A stretch of DNA of 51,898 bases from Candidatus Kaiserbacteria bacterium (GCA_963767115.1 CAVYCR010000002.1:1-51898); one strand, 5' to 3'. Positions 1 to 11,848 are shown, numbered from the stretch's first letter. Notes: generated from the sequence alone by a model not told the origin. Made by a program: numbers and translations.

Positions 1-9
1 CATACTTAG

Positions 10-390
10 CAAAGTTTTCCTAATGTCACTTTTACAATTGGTGGTCAAATATTTACATTCTCCGTGCTTCAATATTTTCGTATAATATCCATTGGTCAAG
101 ATTCTTACTGCTTCAGTGTATTTAACTTCTCACCATTGAATAACGTCTGGATTTTGGGTGATTATTTTCTCTCACGATTTTATTCCATTTATGATATTGG
201 TCAAAATCAAGTTGGCTTTGCTAAATCGATCTCATACAACTATGCACCCTACGTCGCTCCAGGGACATTTAAAAGTGGGGTCAGTCGAGCAGCAACAACA
301 TATCAAGAATTCAATTTCATTCTTCTAATTTGTTGCAGGTTGTGTTTGTATCACTCATTTAATCTCAATAAAGTTTCTATTCATGAATAA
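10..390 (+). CDS. Pepsin-family (A1) aspartic protease, C-terminal exon, 5' partial (eukaryotic)
   Basis: FPNVTFTIGG...WILGDYFLSRFYSIYDIGQNQVGFA is the typical A1 C-terminus, followed by a hydrophobic tail. TTAG at 6-9 may be a splice acceptor. Confidence 0.85.
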   Translation, partial: QSFPNVTFTIGGQIFTFSVLQYFRIISIGQDSYCFSVFNFSPLNNVWILGDYFLSRFYSIYDIGQNQVGFAKSISYNYAPYVAPGTFKSGVSRAATTYQEFNFILLICCRLCLYHSFNLNKVSIHE

Positions 391-586
391 TATGAATTGC
401 AGTATAAAAAGAAAAGCGAATTTTTACATCGACAAACAAAGATCAGAGCGAGAAAATTTTTAGGAACAGCCGATTAATTTTGCTTGTTTATGTATTCTAC
501 ACAGTTAATGGTAATAATTGAATCGCTGCTGATGGTGTTTTTAAGGTATTATTATACTCAATATCCGTGTTTATGGATGAATCTTG

Positions 587-1384
587 TTAGATATAATGTT
601 GAATTGATCTGTTCATTAATTCATTTGCTGTTCCTTGCAGATCTTTAACAATATATTTTTTAGTTTCTTGTCTCAACCATAATTTATTTGTGTGCCGTTT
701 TATTATCTTTCTTATGATTATTGCACTGAAGATAATTCCAAAAAATACTCCAAGAACAGCAAACATTAACACAATAAATATAAGCAGTACTCCACCACCT
801 TCGGCATCACAACAGTTATTTCCATTGGAATTATTACAATTTGAACCTAAACAACAACATGAATGACAAGTACAATCACATGGTTCATCAGTATTGCTTG
901 ACATCCACAAAAATACAGCAATGAAACCAAATAAACCTATGAGAGTAAAGAATAATATTACGCTGATTAGGTAATAAGTACCAAATGAACTCATAGAAGT
1001 TGGATATAAATTTTTAATACTATTATTTTCCTTATTTGCAGCTTGTAATAAAAATGTCATTCCAATAATAATTGCTTGAAGTAATAAAATAATGAATGTT
1101 ATATCACGAGTCACTAGCAAACGAAAAATCAGTAATCTTATTCTATCAGCATCTGGATCATCTATCATCGGTTCAATGATATATTCAAATTGACAAACAT
1201 CGCAAGATTTGAAAGATCGGCCAGTTTTATTTAATGATCGCCAATTATCTAAGCATTTTCTATGAACATGTGCTGATCCACCGTTGCATAAACAAGGACT
1301 AATTAAATCTTCTGGATTATCATCTTCGAGACATATTCTACAAGATTTTGTAGGATTTTGTGATGATGATAAATGTATGTTCAT
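587..1384 (-). CDS. RING-CH (MARCH-type) membrane E3 ubiquitin ligase (eukaryotic)
   Basis: CRIC...PCLCNGGSAHVHRKCLDNW...CDVC C4HC3 RINGv followed by three hydrophobic segments. Confidence 0.9.
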   Translation of the reverse strand: MNIHLSSSQNPTKSCRICLEDDNPEDLISPCLCNGGSAHVHRKCLDNWRSLNKTGRSFKSCDVCQFEYIIEPMIDDPDADRIRLLIFRLLVTRDITFIILLLQAIIIGMTFLLQAANKENNSIKNLYPTSMSSFGTYYLISVILFFTLIGLFGFIAVFLWMSSNTDEPCDCTCHSCCCLGSNCNNSNGNNCCDAEGGGVLLIFIVLMFAVLGVFFGIIFSAIIIRKIIKRHTNKLWLRQETKKYIVKDLQGTANELMNRSIQHYI

Positions 1385-1649
1385 TGCATCTTTTAATTCA
1401 AGTTATCTGAAATATAGACAAGAATATATATATTAGAAAAAAATCACCTATTACGGAAAAACATGAGTATTGAAGGGATACTTCTTACTTGCAACCATCG
1501 ATCATTTGTTTTTTCATACTCCTACCAAACATATATTTCGAGTACATGATCATGATGGTAATTCATGAGTAAAATATGAATCAAGTAAACAGAACTGATG
1601 AGAAATAAATTTAATCTATTGAACACAACATGATCTCGACAACCCATTC

Positions 1650-2365
1650 ATCGTCAGTTAGCTGAATATGCAAAAATCCTCCATGATGAAGATAGTAATA
1701 AAAACAAATCTTGACGGTATTTTTTTATCATTATACTCAAACGCTCCAGTCGAGGAAAGAGAGTACATAATCGCTTGATTTGTAAATTTAATGGACTGGC
1801 ACTTCGAACGTTTAAAATACGAATCTTCTCAATAACAGTATCGTGTGCTAAGTAAGCCTCATTTGATGTACACTGTAGTGGCTGATAATGTTTGATGGAA
1901 AATTAATAAGATGTGATATGAGTGATTCCCATCGTTGACCATCAATAAGATCCTTATTCCCTCGCATCTCGAGTTCAAGATGTTTTAAAGGAGGCATTTT
2001 ATACAAAAATTCTTCGATCAGTACCATGTTTGTATGTTCAGCTTAGCACAAAAAAGTAACAATAATCAATTGTTATATTACGTTATAAACTTACAATAAA
2101 TTGAGTTTATGTAAATTGAATAATCGTTTGAATGCATTTGCATCGATTAAACTAATGTTGAGCGAACGAAGATTGATGAATTGTTCGATATTGAAAAGAG
2201 AAAAGAAAAGTTCAGATCGATTAAGACTGCATTGAAATAATCATTCAGGTTAAAAAATGCATAAAAAATCTCATGTGCCCAAAAATAACCAAAAATATAA
2301 TGAAGCAATTCAACAGGCAGTACGTCTATTTGCGAATAATATATGGTGCGATGATGATGATTCAT
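1650..2365 (-). pseudogene. F-box-like/LRR-type gene, fragmented; downstream boundary approximate
   Basis: N-terminus IDVLPVELLHYIFGYF...FFNLNDYF. Downstream out-of-frame pieces IEEFLYKMPPLKHLELEMRGNKDLIDGQRWESLI and QIKRLCTLFPRLERLSI, with a GT-AG intron near 2043-2094. Resembles the expanded F-box families of bdelloid rotifers (inference). Confidence 0.5.
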
Positions 2366-2641
2366 TTACAACCGATTTATTTTGTAAAACAGCAAAAGAA
2401 AGTAATGGTTGAGTGTGACTGAATGCAATTTTACGCCTTTATATGTTATTTGTTCCTTTTCTTTATTTCTTTTTTCACATGAGTCACATGAAAACGGGCA
2501 CAGAAATGCGCCACGTCATCTACCGAGCTTTTTCAAAATGGGTAAAAGCAATGAATCATATTTACATCATTTCCTTTTTTTTAACGACTACTATCATGGT
2601 CATTAACCATGATGCATCCTTTTCTCTCATGTAGAGTGGGT

Positions 2642-2820
2642 GAACTTAATTCTGCTGGAAGAAACGTGACCTCACATTCTTTCCCCTCCTCTCACATGTT
2701 TGGTTGTTCGTCACTGATTCTGAGTAGGAGAGGGTGTGTTGTTCTTGTGTGTTTGAGTGGTGGTGTGTATACATAGAGAGGGGGAACCTAATTTTGCCGG
2801 AAACAACCTGACCTCACATT
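2642..2820. repeat. Imperfect 37-bp direct repeat (2642-2678 and 2784-2820)
   Basis: gaacttaattctgctggaagaaacgtgacctcacatt vs gaacctaattttgccggaaacaacctgacctcacatt, 31/37 identical. Confidence 0.7.
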
Positions 2821-3643
2821 ACTTGATCTATAACTCAGCCAATGCTTATCGCATAGAGCAAACATTTCTGCGTCGATTTATATGTACTTGACCAAAAATA
2901 ATCTGTTTGCATTTTTTTAGAAGCATACCAACAAGAGTACGGTCAAAAAAATTTTTTTTTTTCTCGTGTTCCTAAATATGCCATTGAGGGTATTTTTTCT
3001 TTCTGGAATAAAGCGGATCTTATTAACTACTCTTACTGCAAATCGATTTCAATCCAATAAGGAGACATTATGAGTGTCAGCGAGCTTTCAAAAATAAATA
3101 GAAATATTTTTGATTAGAGTGATCGAGTCTTCTTACCGTTGCTTATTCTTTTACTTCCTCACCATAAAAAAATTAAATCAAAATGTGTTTCTTTGGTTAC
3201 ATACATCTTCTGAGAGACTAAAGAGATACTGACTACATGATTTTAGATTGTACCTCAAATATATGGTCATGTTTGATGTGTTAATAGCAAACAACGTAGT
3301 TGTGAAGAAATTATAGCACATATAGCTATCGTAAATGATTATATACCAATATCTACAAAAAGTCGATATTTAATTTGAACTTATCTTAAAGTATTTGTAC
3401 GCTTACAGTATACATCGTTTGTATGTAATTATCGATGTCATACTCGTAGTTTTGCGTTCTCCTTCCTCGTAATGATGACGATGTATACGTCACTCTGCAT
3501 AATATTTACATGTACATACATTCGTACCTTTATAGAAGGAGAAAAAAAATGCCTTGTCATCGTTATGGCGGAAAATAAAACATATAAATATTAGAATTTA
3601 AAAGCTTCTATTTATATTCGTATGTAATTAACTATTAATAGAA

Positions 3644-4556
3644 ATGTCTACAAATACTTACAAAAATGTTTTATTAGTTGGTGGTACTGGTGAATTGGGA
3701 AATATATTCTTCCAGCTCTTCTTGCTGATTCGTCCTTCAATGTTACTGTTCTTTCTCGTGTTAATTCAAATGCAACATTTCCATCAAATGTTAAAGTAAT
3801 CAAAGTCGATTATTCAGATAACAATGCAATTACGAAAGCACTTGTTGGTCAAGATGTGGTTATTTCTGCCATTGGTGGTGAAGGTATTAGTCGATGATTT
3901 TGGTATAACTTTATTGAAGCTGCTATTGAAGCAGGTGTAAAATGGTTTATTCCATCTGAATTTGGTGGTGATATTGATCATCCAATTTGTGCAACTATTC
4001 CACTTTATGTCTCCAAAGTTAGATGTTCTAAGTTATTAAAAAAAAATCAATCACGTATTAGCACATACATTTATTACAACTGGTGGTTTTCTTGATTGGG
4101 GTTTTGATAATGGTTTTCTTGGCTTTGATATTCCTAATCGTACAGTTACACTTTATGATGAAGGAAAACGCGTATATCAGGTACAACTCTTCCAAAATTG
4201 GTAAAGCTGTTGTCGCTATTATTCATCATCCAGAATTAACCTTAAACAAACGAATTTATATTGCAGATACAACATTTACACAACAAGAAGCTTTAGCTCT
4301 CTTTGAAAAATACACGAATACCAAATGGACAGTGAAACATGTCTCCGCGAAGGACAAACAAAAAGAAGCAACTGAAAAATTAGCGCAAGGAAATATTGGA
4401 GAAGCTCTGGTTGATTATGTAAAATTTTTATCACACGGTGGTTCACATGTATTTATGCTGGAAGGTAGAACAATCAACAAAGACTTAGGATTATCAACGA
4501 CATCGTTAGACCAAATTATTAAAGAAGCAGTAAAACGAACAAATCCTGCTCAATAA
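3644..4556 (+). CDS. NmrA-like / isoflavone-reductase family NAD(P)-dependent reductase, intronless, several 1-nt frameshifts
   Basis: MSTNTYKNVLLVGGTGELG (Rossmann GxxGxxG), then VTVLSR, KVDY, GQDVVISAIG, AGVKWFIPSEFG, TGGFLDW spread over shifting frames. Confidence 0.85.
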
Positions 4557-4897
4557 TAATCTTTTTTCCCACAAAAAGTCGTTCTCATCTTTTTATGTAC
4601 ATTATTTAATCGACAAATAAAAAATTATTGTAAGTTAAATAAATTATTCGATGATGCTCTAAGTTATAAGATATTTTTGAATTTATTCATAATCAATTTT
4701 CATTGAAAAGTGTATATAAGGAAAAAAAAGAAATATCTGTGTGCTCTGCATCTTTTAATGCATATGCGTTATCATCATGTGCTTGCTAAAGAAAGTCGAG
4801 TCTTCTTTTCAAAAACTAAAAGAGTAATATAAAAAGATAAAACAGATTCTTTATCACAACAGTTTTCTTTTAATAATATTAGATAAAAATAAAAAAG

Positions 4898-5143
4898 ATG
4901 TGTTGCAGAAGAATTATTTTTGGTACTTTAATTATTCTTACAATTGGTGTCTTTGTAGCACAAATCGCTTTTGGTGTCCATTACCTTCACAATCCACCTG
5001 CATGTGATCGAGTGAAATTTCTTACGATAGCAATTTTGGTTGGCGGTTGCAGTGGTGCGGCATCAATTGTATCTCTTGTATGTTACTGCTATAATTGTGG
5101 ATGTGGGTTGATGTCATCAAAAACTGATCAATCAAGTGCTTGA
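4898..5143 (+). CDS. Small protein with two hydrophobic segments (eukaryotic, unknown function)
   Basis: 81-aa ORF with two TM-like stretches and a Cys-rich C-terminus; A-rich context before the ATG. Confidence 0.5.
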   Translation: MCCRRIIFGTLIILTIGVFVAQIAFGVHYLHNPPACDRVKFLTIAILVGGCSGAASIVSLVCYCYNCGCGLMSSKTDQSSA

Positions 5144-5662
5144 ATATGCAAATCTAGTTCAAAACTAAGCTATTAAAATAACTGTTTTTTTAAAGGAAGT
5201 ACTGGTCCATTTTGTGACTTTTTTAAGTGAATCAACTATATAAATATGTTCTTCATTATTTTTTATGATTTCTAAGATGATATTCGGACTTTTTAAATAT
5301 TTTACTCATGCGCAAATTTCAAGATGTCCATATCATAAGACTTTGTTTTAATATTAAGGTCGTTATTTCGTCACGAAAATAGAAAAAGCAAAAAAATCAA
5401 GACGAATACTGTCGTAATACATTCACGTGTTAATGTTCTGTTTTTGTTTTGATGATACTATCATAGAGTGTCGTATAGCCGATATAATGTCCTTCATCTC
5501 AAGAATGCCTGTGTGCGACGGATATACTTCAGTGATTTTCAACGAGAAAAATCGCTTTTTTTCACAATTTTTTTGTACATCATTCCTACGTGCAGGAGAG
5601 AGAAATTACGCCTATAAATATTCGCGACAAACGTCGAGCTTGCTACAGATCAAATTACGATC

Positions 5663-5812
5663 ATGGCTAACACTTACTTTATGCTACGTCTGACTTTTCT
5701 TTTGCTTTTGTTAGTTACAATCGCCATAGCATGGAGTGCCGAAAGTTCTGAAGAGACCGACGATCATTTCGAAAAGCGCAAATTGATGAACATTCTTTTA
5801 CAAAAGAGGTAG
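5663..5812 (+). CDS. Small secreted prepropeptide (neuropeptide-precursor-like), possibly with a further exon
   Basis: MANTYFMLRLTFLLLLLVTIAIAWSA signal peptide, acidic spacer ESSEETDDHFE, then KR-KLMNILLQ-KR. TATAAA at 5613-5618; possible donor AG|GTAG at 5808/5809. Too short for the supplied ORF track. Confidence 0.6.
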   Translation: MANTYFMLRLTFLLLLLVTIAIAWSAESSEETDDHFEKRKLMNILLQKR

Positions 5813-6240
5813 AATTGTTCATTTCCTGCGTGATCTTCGATTATAGCATGAATTAGGATAATCGTGTACGAATTGATTAAATACCAGAAAAGAGCTAAAG
5901 AGTACAAGTTCAAGCTAGAATTCTTCATTTGTCATGTGATCTTCGGTCATAGTCAGAACTTGATACACCTATTATATCAGGTTACAACAGTTGATGAGAG
6001 CTAAATTGTCTAAAACTGATTATTTTCCATGAGATCATTGATTATGATACTAGTCGGCGTATCTATTTTTGAAATGATAACATAGTTGAAGAGACTCCAC
6101 TGCAAAAATATTCATTTGCTACATCAACTTCGATTATAGTACAAAACTAGTGTATCTGTGCTAGAAAATACATAACATTCGACGAGAGCTAGGGTGTGAA
6201 ATTGTTCATTTATCGTGTAATGTTTCGACTATAGTATCAA
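5813..6240. repeat. Degenerate tandem repeat, period about 95-105 bp, about 5 units
   Basis: aattgttcattt...tgatcttcgattatag-like blocks start near 5813, 5919, 6017, 6107 and 6200. Confidence 0.6.
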
Positions 6241-6822
6241 ATCAATATGTTTGTTTCGAAAAAAGTGATAGGAGAAGAGAATCCATTTACAAATAGTGGA
6301 TTTTCTTTAGATTGCCGCTGAATAGGTATTTTTTCTTAATACAAACTATTTCAACAGCGAACACTACCTTATGGTATCATCTTGAACTACATGTTTTTTT
6401 TATTAAGAAAATTTCTTTTTTTTTTATTAACTTTGTATAGTTTAGTTTTACTAATAAATAAAGCTTTGATTTGTGTTGATAGAAATCATGAATTTGGTTG
6501 AGCTGAAGATATCAATAAGGACTATCGTCTCTTATTTTAATCGATTGACTCATTAAATTGAAACAAAACAAATGAAGCGTGACGGTTAACTTTTTTTTAT
6601 CTTCTTACCTTTTTCTCACGACAGATGGCAGTTGGTTTTTATTTCAAGATTAAATTAATAAATAAGAAAATATAGATTATCTTGTATTTTAAATAATTAT
6701 AATTTATCAAAAATGAAATAAAAAATCCGATTGGTTTAATTATCAATATCCAATCAAATTTTTTCGTTAGATAAGATTCCTTTTACCCAAAAGAGATATA
6801 TTGTTATTTGTTAGAAAACAAT

Positions 6823-7359
6823 ATGTTTTCTCGTTTAACTCTATTTCGCCAACAATTAACAACAATAAATTCATACCGGAATTTATCATTTAAACAAATA
6901 AATGAATTAAAACCGATTCTTAGTCGAAATCTTGCTTGGTTCTCTGGAAAATCAACCAAACAAACTTCGGGTTTGTGAGAATTGTTTTTAAATTTAACTC
7001 CTTAAGAATTTCTTTATATAAAATTGTACATATCTTATGATATGATACATGGAGTTAAAGAACAGAAGGTCATCGAGTGCATTATCGCGAAGATATTGAA
7101 TGAATACGTTAAATTTGTATTGTTTTTAATAGGTGGAAGATTAAAACGACGTTTAGAAATATCATTCTAATTAGTGTCATTGGTTTTGGTACAATCTCTA
7201 TTTATGGTAAATATCGTCGATATCGATGGTTCCATGAGATGGATGATTCTGATAAGACTATTGGTACTAAACCACGTATTATCGTTCTTGGAACAGGTAA
7301 AGAATAGATTAATTATTTATATTTATTTGAATAATATTAAATAGGTTGGGGTGCTGTGC
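6823..7359 (+). CDS. Mitochondrial type II (alternative) NADH dehydrogenase, first three exons, truncated at the junction
   Basis: Arg/Ser/Leu-rich presequence MFSRLTLFRQQ...; GT-AG introns 6971-7132 and 7297-7344. Spliced product reads KPRIIVLGTG-WGAV, the first Rossmann motif of the Nde1/Ndi1 family. One probable 1-nt indel near 7152. Confidence 0.85.
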
Positions 7360-8674
<1,315 letters not shown>

Positions 8675-8840
8675 GCGTACTTTACGTTTTGTGTCTTTTA
8701 AGTCCCATGCCAATTTCTCAGCATAGGATTCCTGCATCTCGCTCCGGAGACGTAACCGGAAACGAGAAGTTTGATTCTTGTTGTACCACGCCATAATCAG
8801 CCTAGGGCTGATGACGGCGGGTTTGTAATGTCGTTATTCG

Positions 8841-8856
8841 ATTGTGTCAACGAGCA
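8841..8856 (-). promoter_or_regulatory. boxA-like antitermination element in the 23S leader
   Basis: Minus strand TGCTCGTTGACACAAT resembles rrn boxA TGCTCTTTAACAAT. Confidence 0.45.
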
Positions 8857-8909
8857 TTCCCGCATTGTTGCATTTGAAGCAACTTCGCGAGACACGTATA
8901 TGTTTTTAC

Positions 8910-8932
8910 AAAAAAAGCCGCTTTGAAGCGGC
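8910..8932 (-). terminator. Intrinsic-terminator-like hairpin inside the 23S leader
   Basis: Minus strand GCCGCTT-CA-AAGCGGC followed by T7. Confidence 0.6.
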
Positions 8933-9005
8933 GATGGTTGCGAGCTTGAAAGCAGGCTACCAATGCCACTTAAGTTCGCTTTTAATAAACATATACGTGG
9001 AGCGG

Positions 9006-9034
9006 AGTATAGACGAATGGTTCCGGTATGTCAA
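9006..9034 (-). promoter_or_regulatory. Sigma70 promoter upstream of 23S
   Basis: TTGACA (9034-9029), 17-nt spacer, TATACT (9011-9006). Confidence 0.85.
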
Positions 9035-9055
9035 ATCAATGAAGAAATACCCCGC

Positions 9056-9076
9056 TGCAGAGGTCTGACCTCTGCA
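9056..9076. repeat. RAYT-associated palindrome, dispersed copy
   Basis: TGCAGAGGTC-T-GACCTCTGCA with perfect 10-bp arms; same core as the copies flanking the transposase at 17.2-18.0 kb. Confidence 0.85.
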
Positions 9077-9193
9077 AAAGGCAGCATTTAAGCGGCAAAT
9101 TCAGCGTTTTTTCAGGTGCCACGGGCCGAGGCGACGCCTTCGGACAGGCGCCTGAATATATGGAAAAGTATGGAAAACGAGGAGGAATGCAGC

Positions 9194-9883
9194 TTACTCC
9201 TCGTGCGCGATCTCAGAACGTACGTGTTCTATCATGCGTGCCGCTGCGTCGCGGCCGCCGAGACCGAAGGCAAGGCCGAGCGCGAGCGAGACCGCGATCA
9301 CGAAGCCGGTAAAAAGCGTTTCGATGAACTGCGCGCCGATGCCGAGCTGCGTGAGGATCGTCATGATCGCGAAGATCCAGATAGCCCATTTGGCGATGGA
9401 GCCGCTCAGGTTACCGTGCGTGCTTCCCGCGGCGCGCGCAGAGCCCGCGACCACGCGCTTGACTACTTCGGCCACAAAGGCGGCGAGGATCAGGATGAGT
9501 ACCGCGACGATCACATGCGGCAAGTAGAGCAGGACGATTTGCTCTATGAAGACTGTCACCGTCGTGAGGCTGAGTATCTGGAGCGAGGCCGCGAGGAAGG
9601 CGAGCATCACAAACCACATCACAAGAGAGCCGAGGAACTTGCCCGTGTTGAGTTTGAAGCCGGCTTCCTTGACCGCGTCGGCGACACCGGCTGATTTCAT
9701 CACGTCGTCGATGCGCAAGATTTTTACTAATTCAACAATGAGACGGTAGAGAATGACGCCGATGATCCAGCCGACGATGAAGACAATGATCGCGGCGATG
9801 ATGGCAGGCACGTAGAGGAGCACGATGTACCACAGATCAGCGAATGAACCTTGCACGGCACCGGCGGATTGAGAGACGATCAT
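9194..9883 (-). CDS. Membrane protein with repeated conserved TM helix (CmpX / small mechanosensitive channel-like)
   Basis: Two YxPxxIxAxxI repeats; ends ALGLAFGLGGRDAA. Confidence 0.85.
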   Translation of the reverse strand: MIVSQSAGAVQGSFADLWYIVLLYVPAIIAAIIVFIVGWIIGVILYRLIVELVKILRIDDVMKSAGVADAVKEAGFKLNTGKFLGSLVMWFVMLAFLAASLQILSLTTVTVFIEQIVLLYLPHVIVAVLILILAAFVAEVVKRVVAGSARAAGSTHGNLSGSIAKWAIWIFAIMTILTQLGIGAQFIETLFTGFVIAVSLALGLAFGLGGRDAAARMIEHVRSEIAHEE

Positions 9884-9998
9884 AAAATAAAATAGTGTGT
9901 TAATAAGGCCTCTGACCTTCTTTAATATTCAAATGATACATCACCCACAAGGGACTATGTGAGTCTGATGCGTATGATTGTGGATACCGTTGTTTTAG

Positions 9999-10117
9999 AG
10001 GCTGTCCAAAAGACTTCATATACGAGGCGCGGGGAAATGAAATCAGGAGACGTACTTTTGTACGGTGACTGATTTCATGGGGCCCTGCAACGATGTAGAT
10101 GAGGCTTTTGGCAGTCT
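9999..10117. mobile_element. MITE-like long imperfect palindrome
   Basis: Ends aggctgtccaaaagacttcatatac / gtagatgaggcttttggcagtct; inner stems atgaaatcag/ctgatttcat and cgtac-tttt-gtacg; flanked by TTAG and CTAG. Confidence 0.6.
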
Positions 10118-10750
10118 CTAGAGCAGACGTGTACGGTCGATGAGTACGCGATGCGGGAAATCGAGCGTGTCGCGGATGAGACGGTCTTGGATCGTGAGGC
10201 GGTAGCGGAACTCAGGTGTGGAAAATGCGGCGTAGCGGATCTCCCGGCCAAAAATCAGCTCGAGGCCTTTGACGGCGCGTTCGAGCCGGCCCTGATTGAA
10301 GCTGTCGGCGGCAATGATGAGGTCGGCTGGTCTGGTGGCATCGCCCATGAAGTTGCCGGAGAGTACGACAGCAGCGAGCTTCCCTGTGCCGCGCAAGGCG
10401 TTGGTCACCGCTTCGAACTGTGCCGGCGAGATCTCGTGGACGAAGGAAGCTATCGCGCGCGCATGCGGGAAATCCGCATCGACAAACCACACCGTCTGCG
10501 GCTTGCTCACCTTCTTGATCTTCGTCTTGCTGGTTGCGACCTGACTCTCGGGAAGTACTTTCTTGCTGCGCACGATGCCGAGCTTCTCGAGCACCTTGAT
10601 CTCACGCGACGCAACGGCAGGCGAGATACCGGCGCGCTTCCCGAGGAGCGCCGAGGTGAATACCTCATCCTCGTTCAAGACGAAGACGCGCAATACGCGA
10701 GCACGTGCAGGGTTGCCGATGAGGTCTGCGAGAAAGTCTTTCTGTTTCAT
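10118..10750 (-). CDS. HTH protein with C-terminal nucleotidyltransferase-like fold (conserved CPR type)
   Basis: N-terminal wHTH (ARVLRVF...ISPAVASREIKVLEKLGIV); C-terminal LSGNF...ADLII...GREIRY. Confidence 0.75.
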   Translation of the reverse strand: MKQKDFLADLIGNPARARVLRVFVLNEDEVFTSALLGKRAGISPAVASREIKVLEKLGIVRSKKVLPESQVATSKTKIKKVSKPQTVWFVDADFPHARAIASFVHEISPAQFEAVTNALRGTGKLAAVVLSGNFMGDATRPADLIIAADSFNQGRLERAVKGLELIFGREIRYAAFSTPEFRYRLTIQDRLIRDTLDFPHRVLIDRTRLL

Positions 10751-10786
10751 ACGAGCATGATAGCACGATATCTGGGAGTCACTATG

Positions 10787-10813
10787 AAAAACGCCGCGTC
10801 AGACGCGGCGTTT
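10787..10813 (-). terminator. Terminator after rplL
   Basis: AAACGCCGCGTC-T-GACGCGGCGTTTTT on the minus strand. Confidence 0.8.
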
Positions 10814-10839
10814 CCCATTTTGGAAGCTTTTGGCTGTAG

Positions 10840-11262
10840 TTATTTGAGCGTAACCTTGCCACCCGCTTCCTCGATCTTCTTCTTCCAAGCTTCGGCGTCC
10901 TCCTTCTTGACGGCCGGCTTGAGCATAGCCGGCGCACTCTCGACGAGTGCCTTCGACTCAGCAAGTCCGAGCGCGAGGATTTCCTTGACCACCTTGATCA
11001 CGGCGATCTTCTGCTCGCCTACTGCAGTAAGCTCGACATCGAACTCTGCCTTGTCTTCGGCGCCGCCTGCTGCACCTCCCGCTGCAGGGCCCGCGACGGC
11101 AACTGCCGCAGCCGAGACGCCCCACTTCTTCTCGAGCGTCTTCACGAGCTCGTTCGCCTCGAGGATGGTGAGCTTCTCCATCTCTTCGACGATCGACTTG
11201 AACTTCGCCGGTACTTCGACCACCTCGGTCGCCTGCGTTTCTACTGCTGTATCTTCTGCCAT
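10840..11262 (-). CDS. rplL: 50S ribosomal protein bL12 (L7/L12)
   Basis: [23 protein letters not shown]...[25 protein letters not shown]...GGKVTLK. Confidence 0.98.
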   Translation of the reverse strand: MAEDTAVETQATEVVEVPAKFKSIVEEMEKLTILEANELVKTLEKKWGVSAAAVAVAGPAAGGAAGGAEDKAEFDVELTAVGEQKIAVIKVVKEILALGLAESKALVESAPAMLKPAVKKEDAEAWKKKIEEAGGKVTLK

Positions 11263-11287
11263 AGTGATTGTAATGAATGATTATTAA

Positions 11288-11788
11288 TTACTGCATCTTT
11301 TGTGCATGCTGATCCAATACGACTGCGAGGCGCGCGAGCGGCGAATTGATGAGATTTACCAGCTTGCCACGCAAAACAGTGAGAGACGGGATCTCTGCGA
11401 TCTCGTTCATCGAAGCCGCGTCCATCAGCTTGCCTTCGAAAAGGCCGCCGACGATCGTGAGCTTGTTGGCCCCCATGTCTTTGCCAAACTTGAAGATGCG
11501 GCTCGCCGGCAATGTCGGGTCTTCCGACCCTGCGTTGTAAGCGATCGCGAGCTCCCCTTCCATCGGCACACTGCTGTGGTCGTGCCCGAGATTGTTGAGC
11601 GCGCGGCCGACCAAGGTCTTCTTGGCAACGGTATATCCGAGGCCGTCGGCGCGGAAGGCGCGACGCATCTTGGTCTCGTCAGCGACCGAGACGCCCTTGA
11701 AGTGGACGAACACGGTCGAGGAAGCGCCCTTCAAAGCATCCTCGATCTTCGCGACGATCTCTTTCTTTTGTTCTTTTGTCTTTGCCAT
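11288..11788 (-). CDS. rplJ: 50S ribosomal protein uL10
   Basis: MAKTKEQKKEIV...VAKKTLVGRAL...IPSLTVLRGKLVNLINSP; directly upstream of rplL. Confidence 0.97.
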   Translation of the reverse strand: MAKTKEQKKEIVAKIEDALKGASSTVFVHFKGVSVADETKMRRAFRADGLGYTVAKKTLVGRALNNLGHDHSSVPMEGELAIAYNAGSEDPTLPASRIFKFGKDMGANKLTIVGGLFEGKLMDAASMNEIAEIPSLTVLRGKLVNLINSPLARLAVVLDQHAQKMQ

Positions 11789-11848
11789 TGTGGTGAAAAA
11801 CAACGTCTCCTAAAACAAGGCGTCAGCCTAGGGCTGACAAGAGTGTTC

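Noticed and set aside
2409-5693. Short ORFs 2409..2606, 2443..2634 and 5427..5693
   Set aside because: Non-ATG or weak starts and no motifs in AT-rich intergenic DNA.
8844-9068. 74-aa ORF ending AEV like the RAYT
   Set aside because: The shared ending comes only from reading into the same palindrome; the ORF is antisense to the rRNA promoter and leader.
9111-9156. Hairpin downstream of the 9194..9883 gene as a terminator or repeat
   Set aside because: No U-tract on the coding strand and no second copy in the window; left unassigned.
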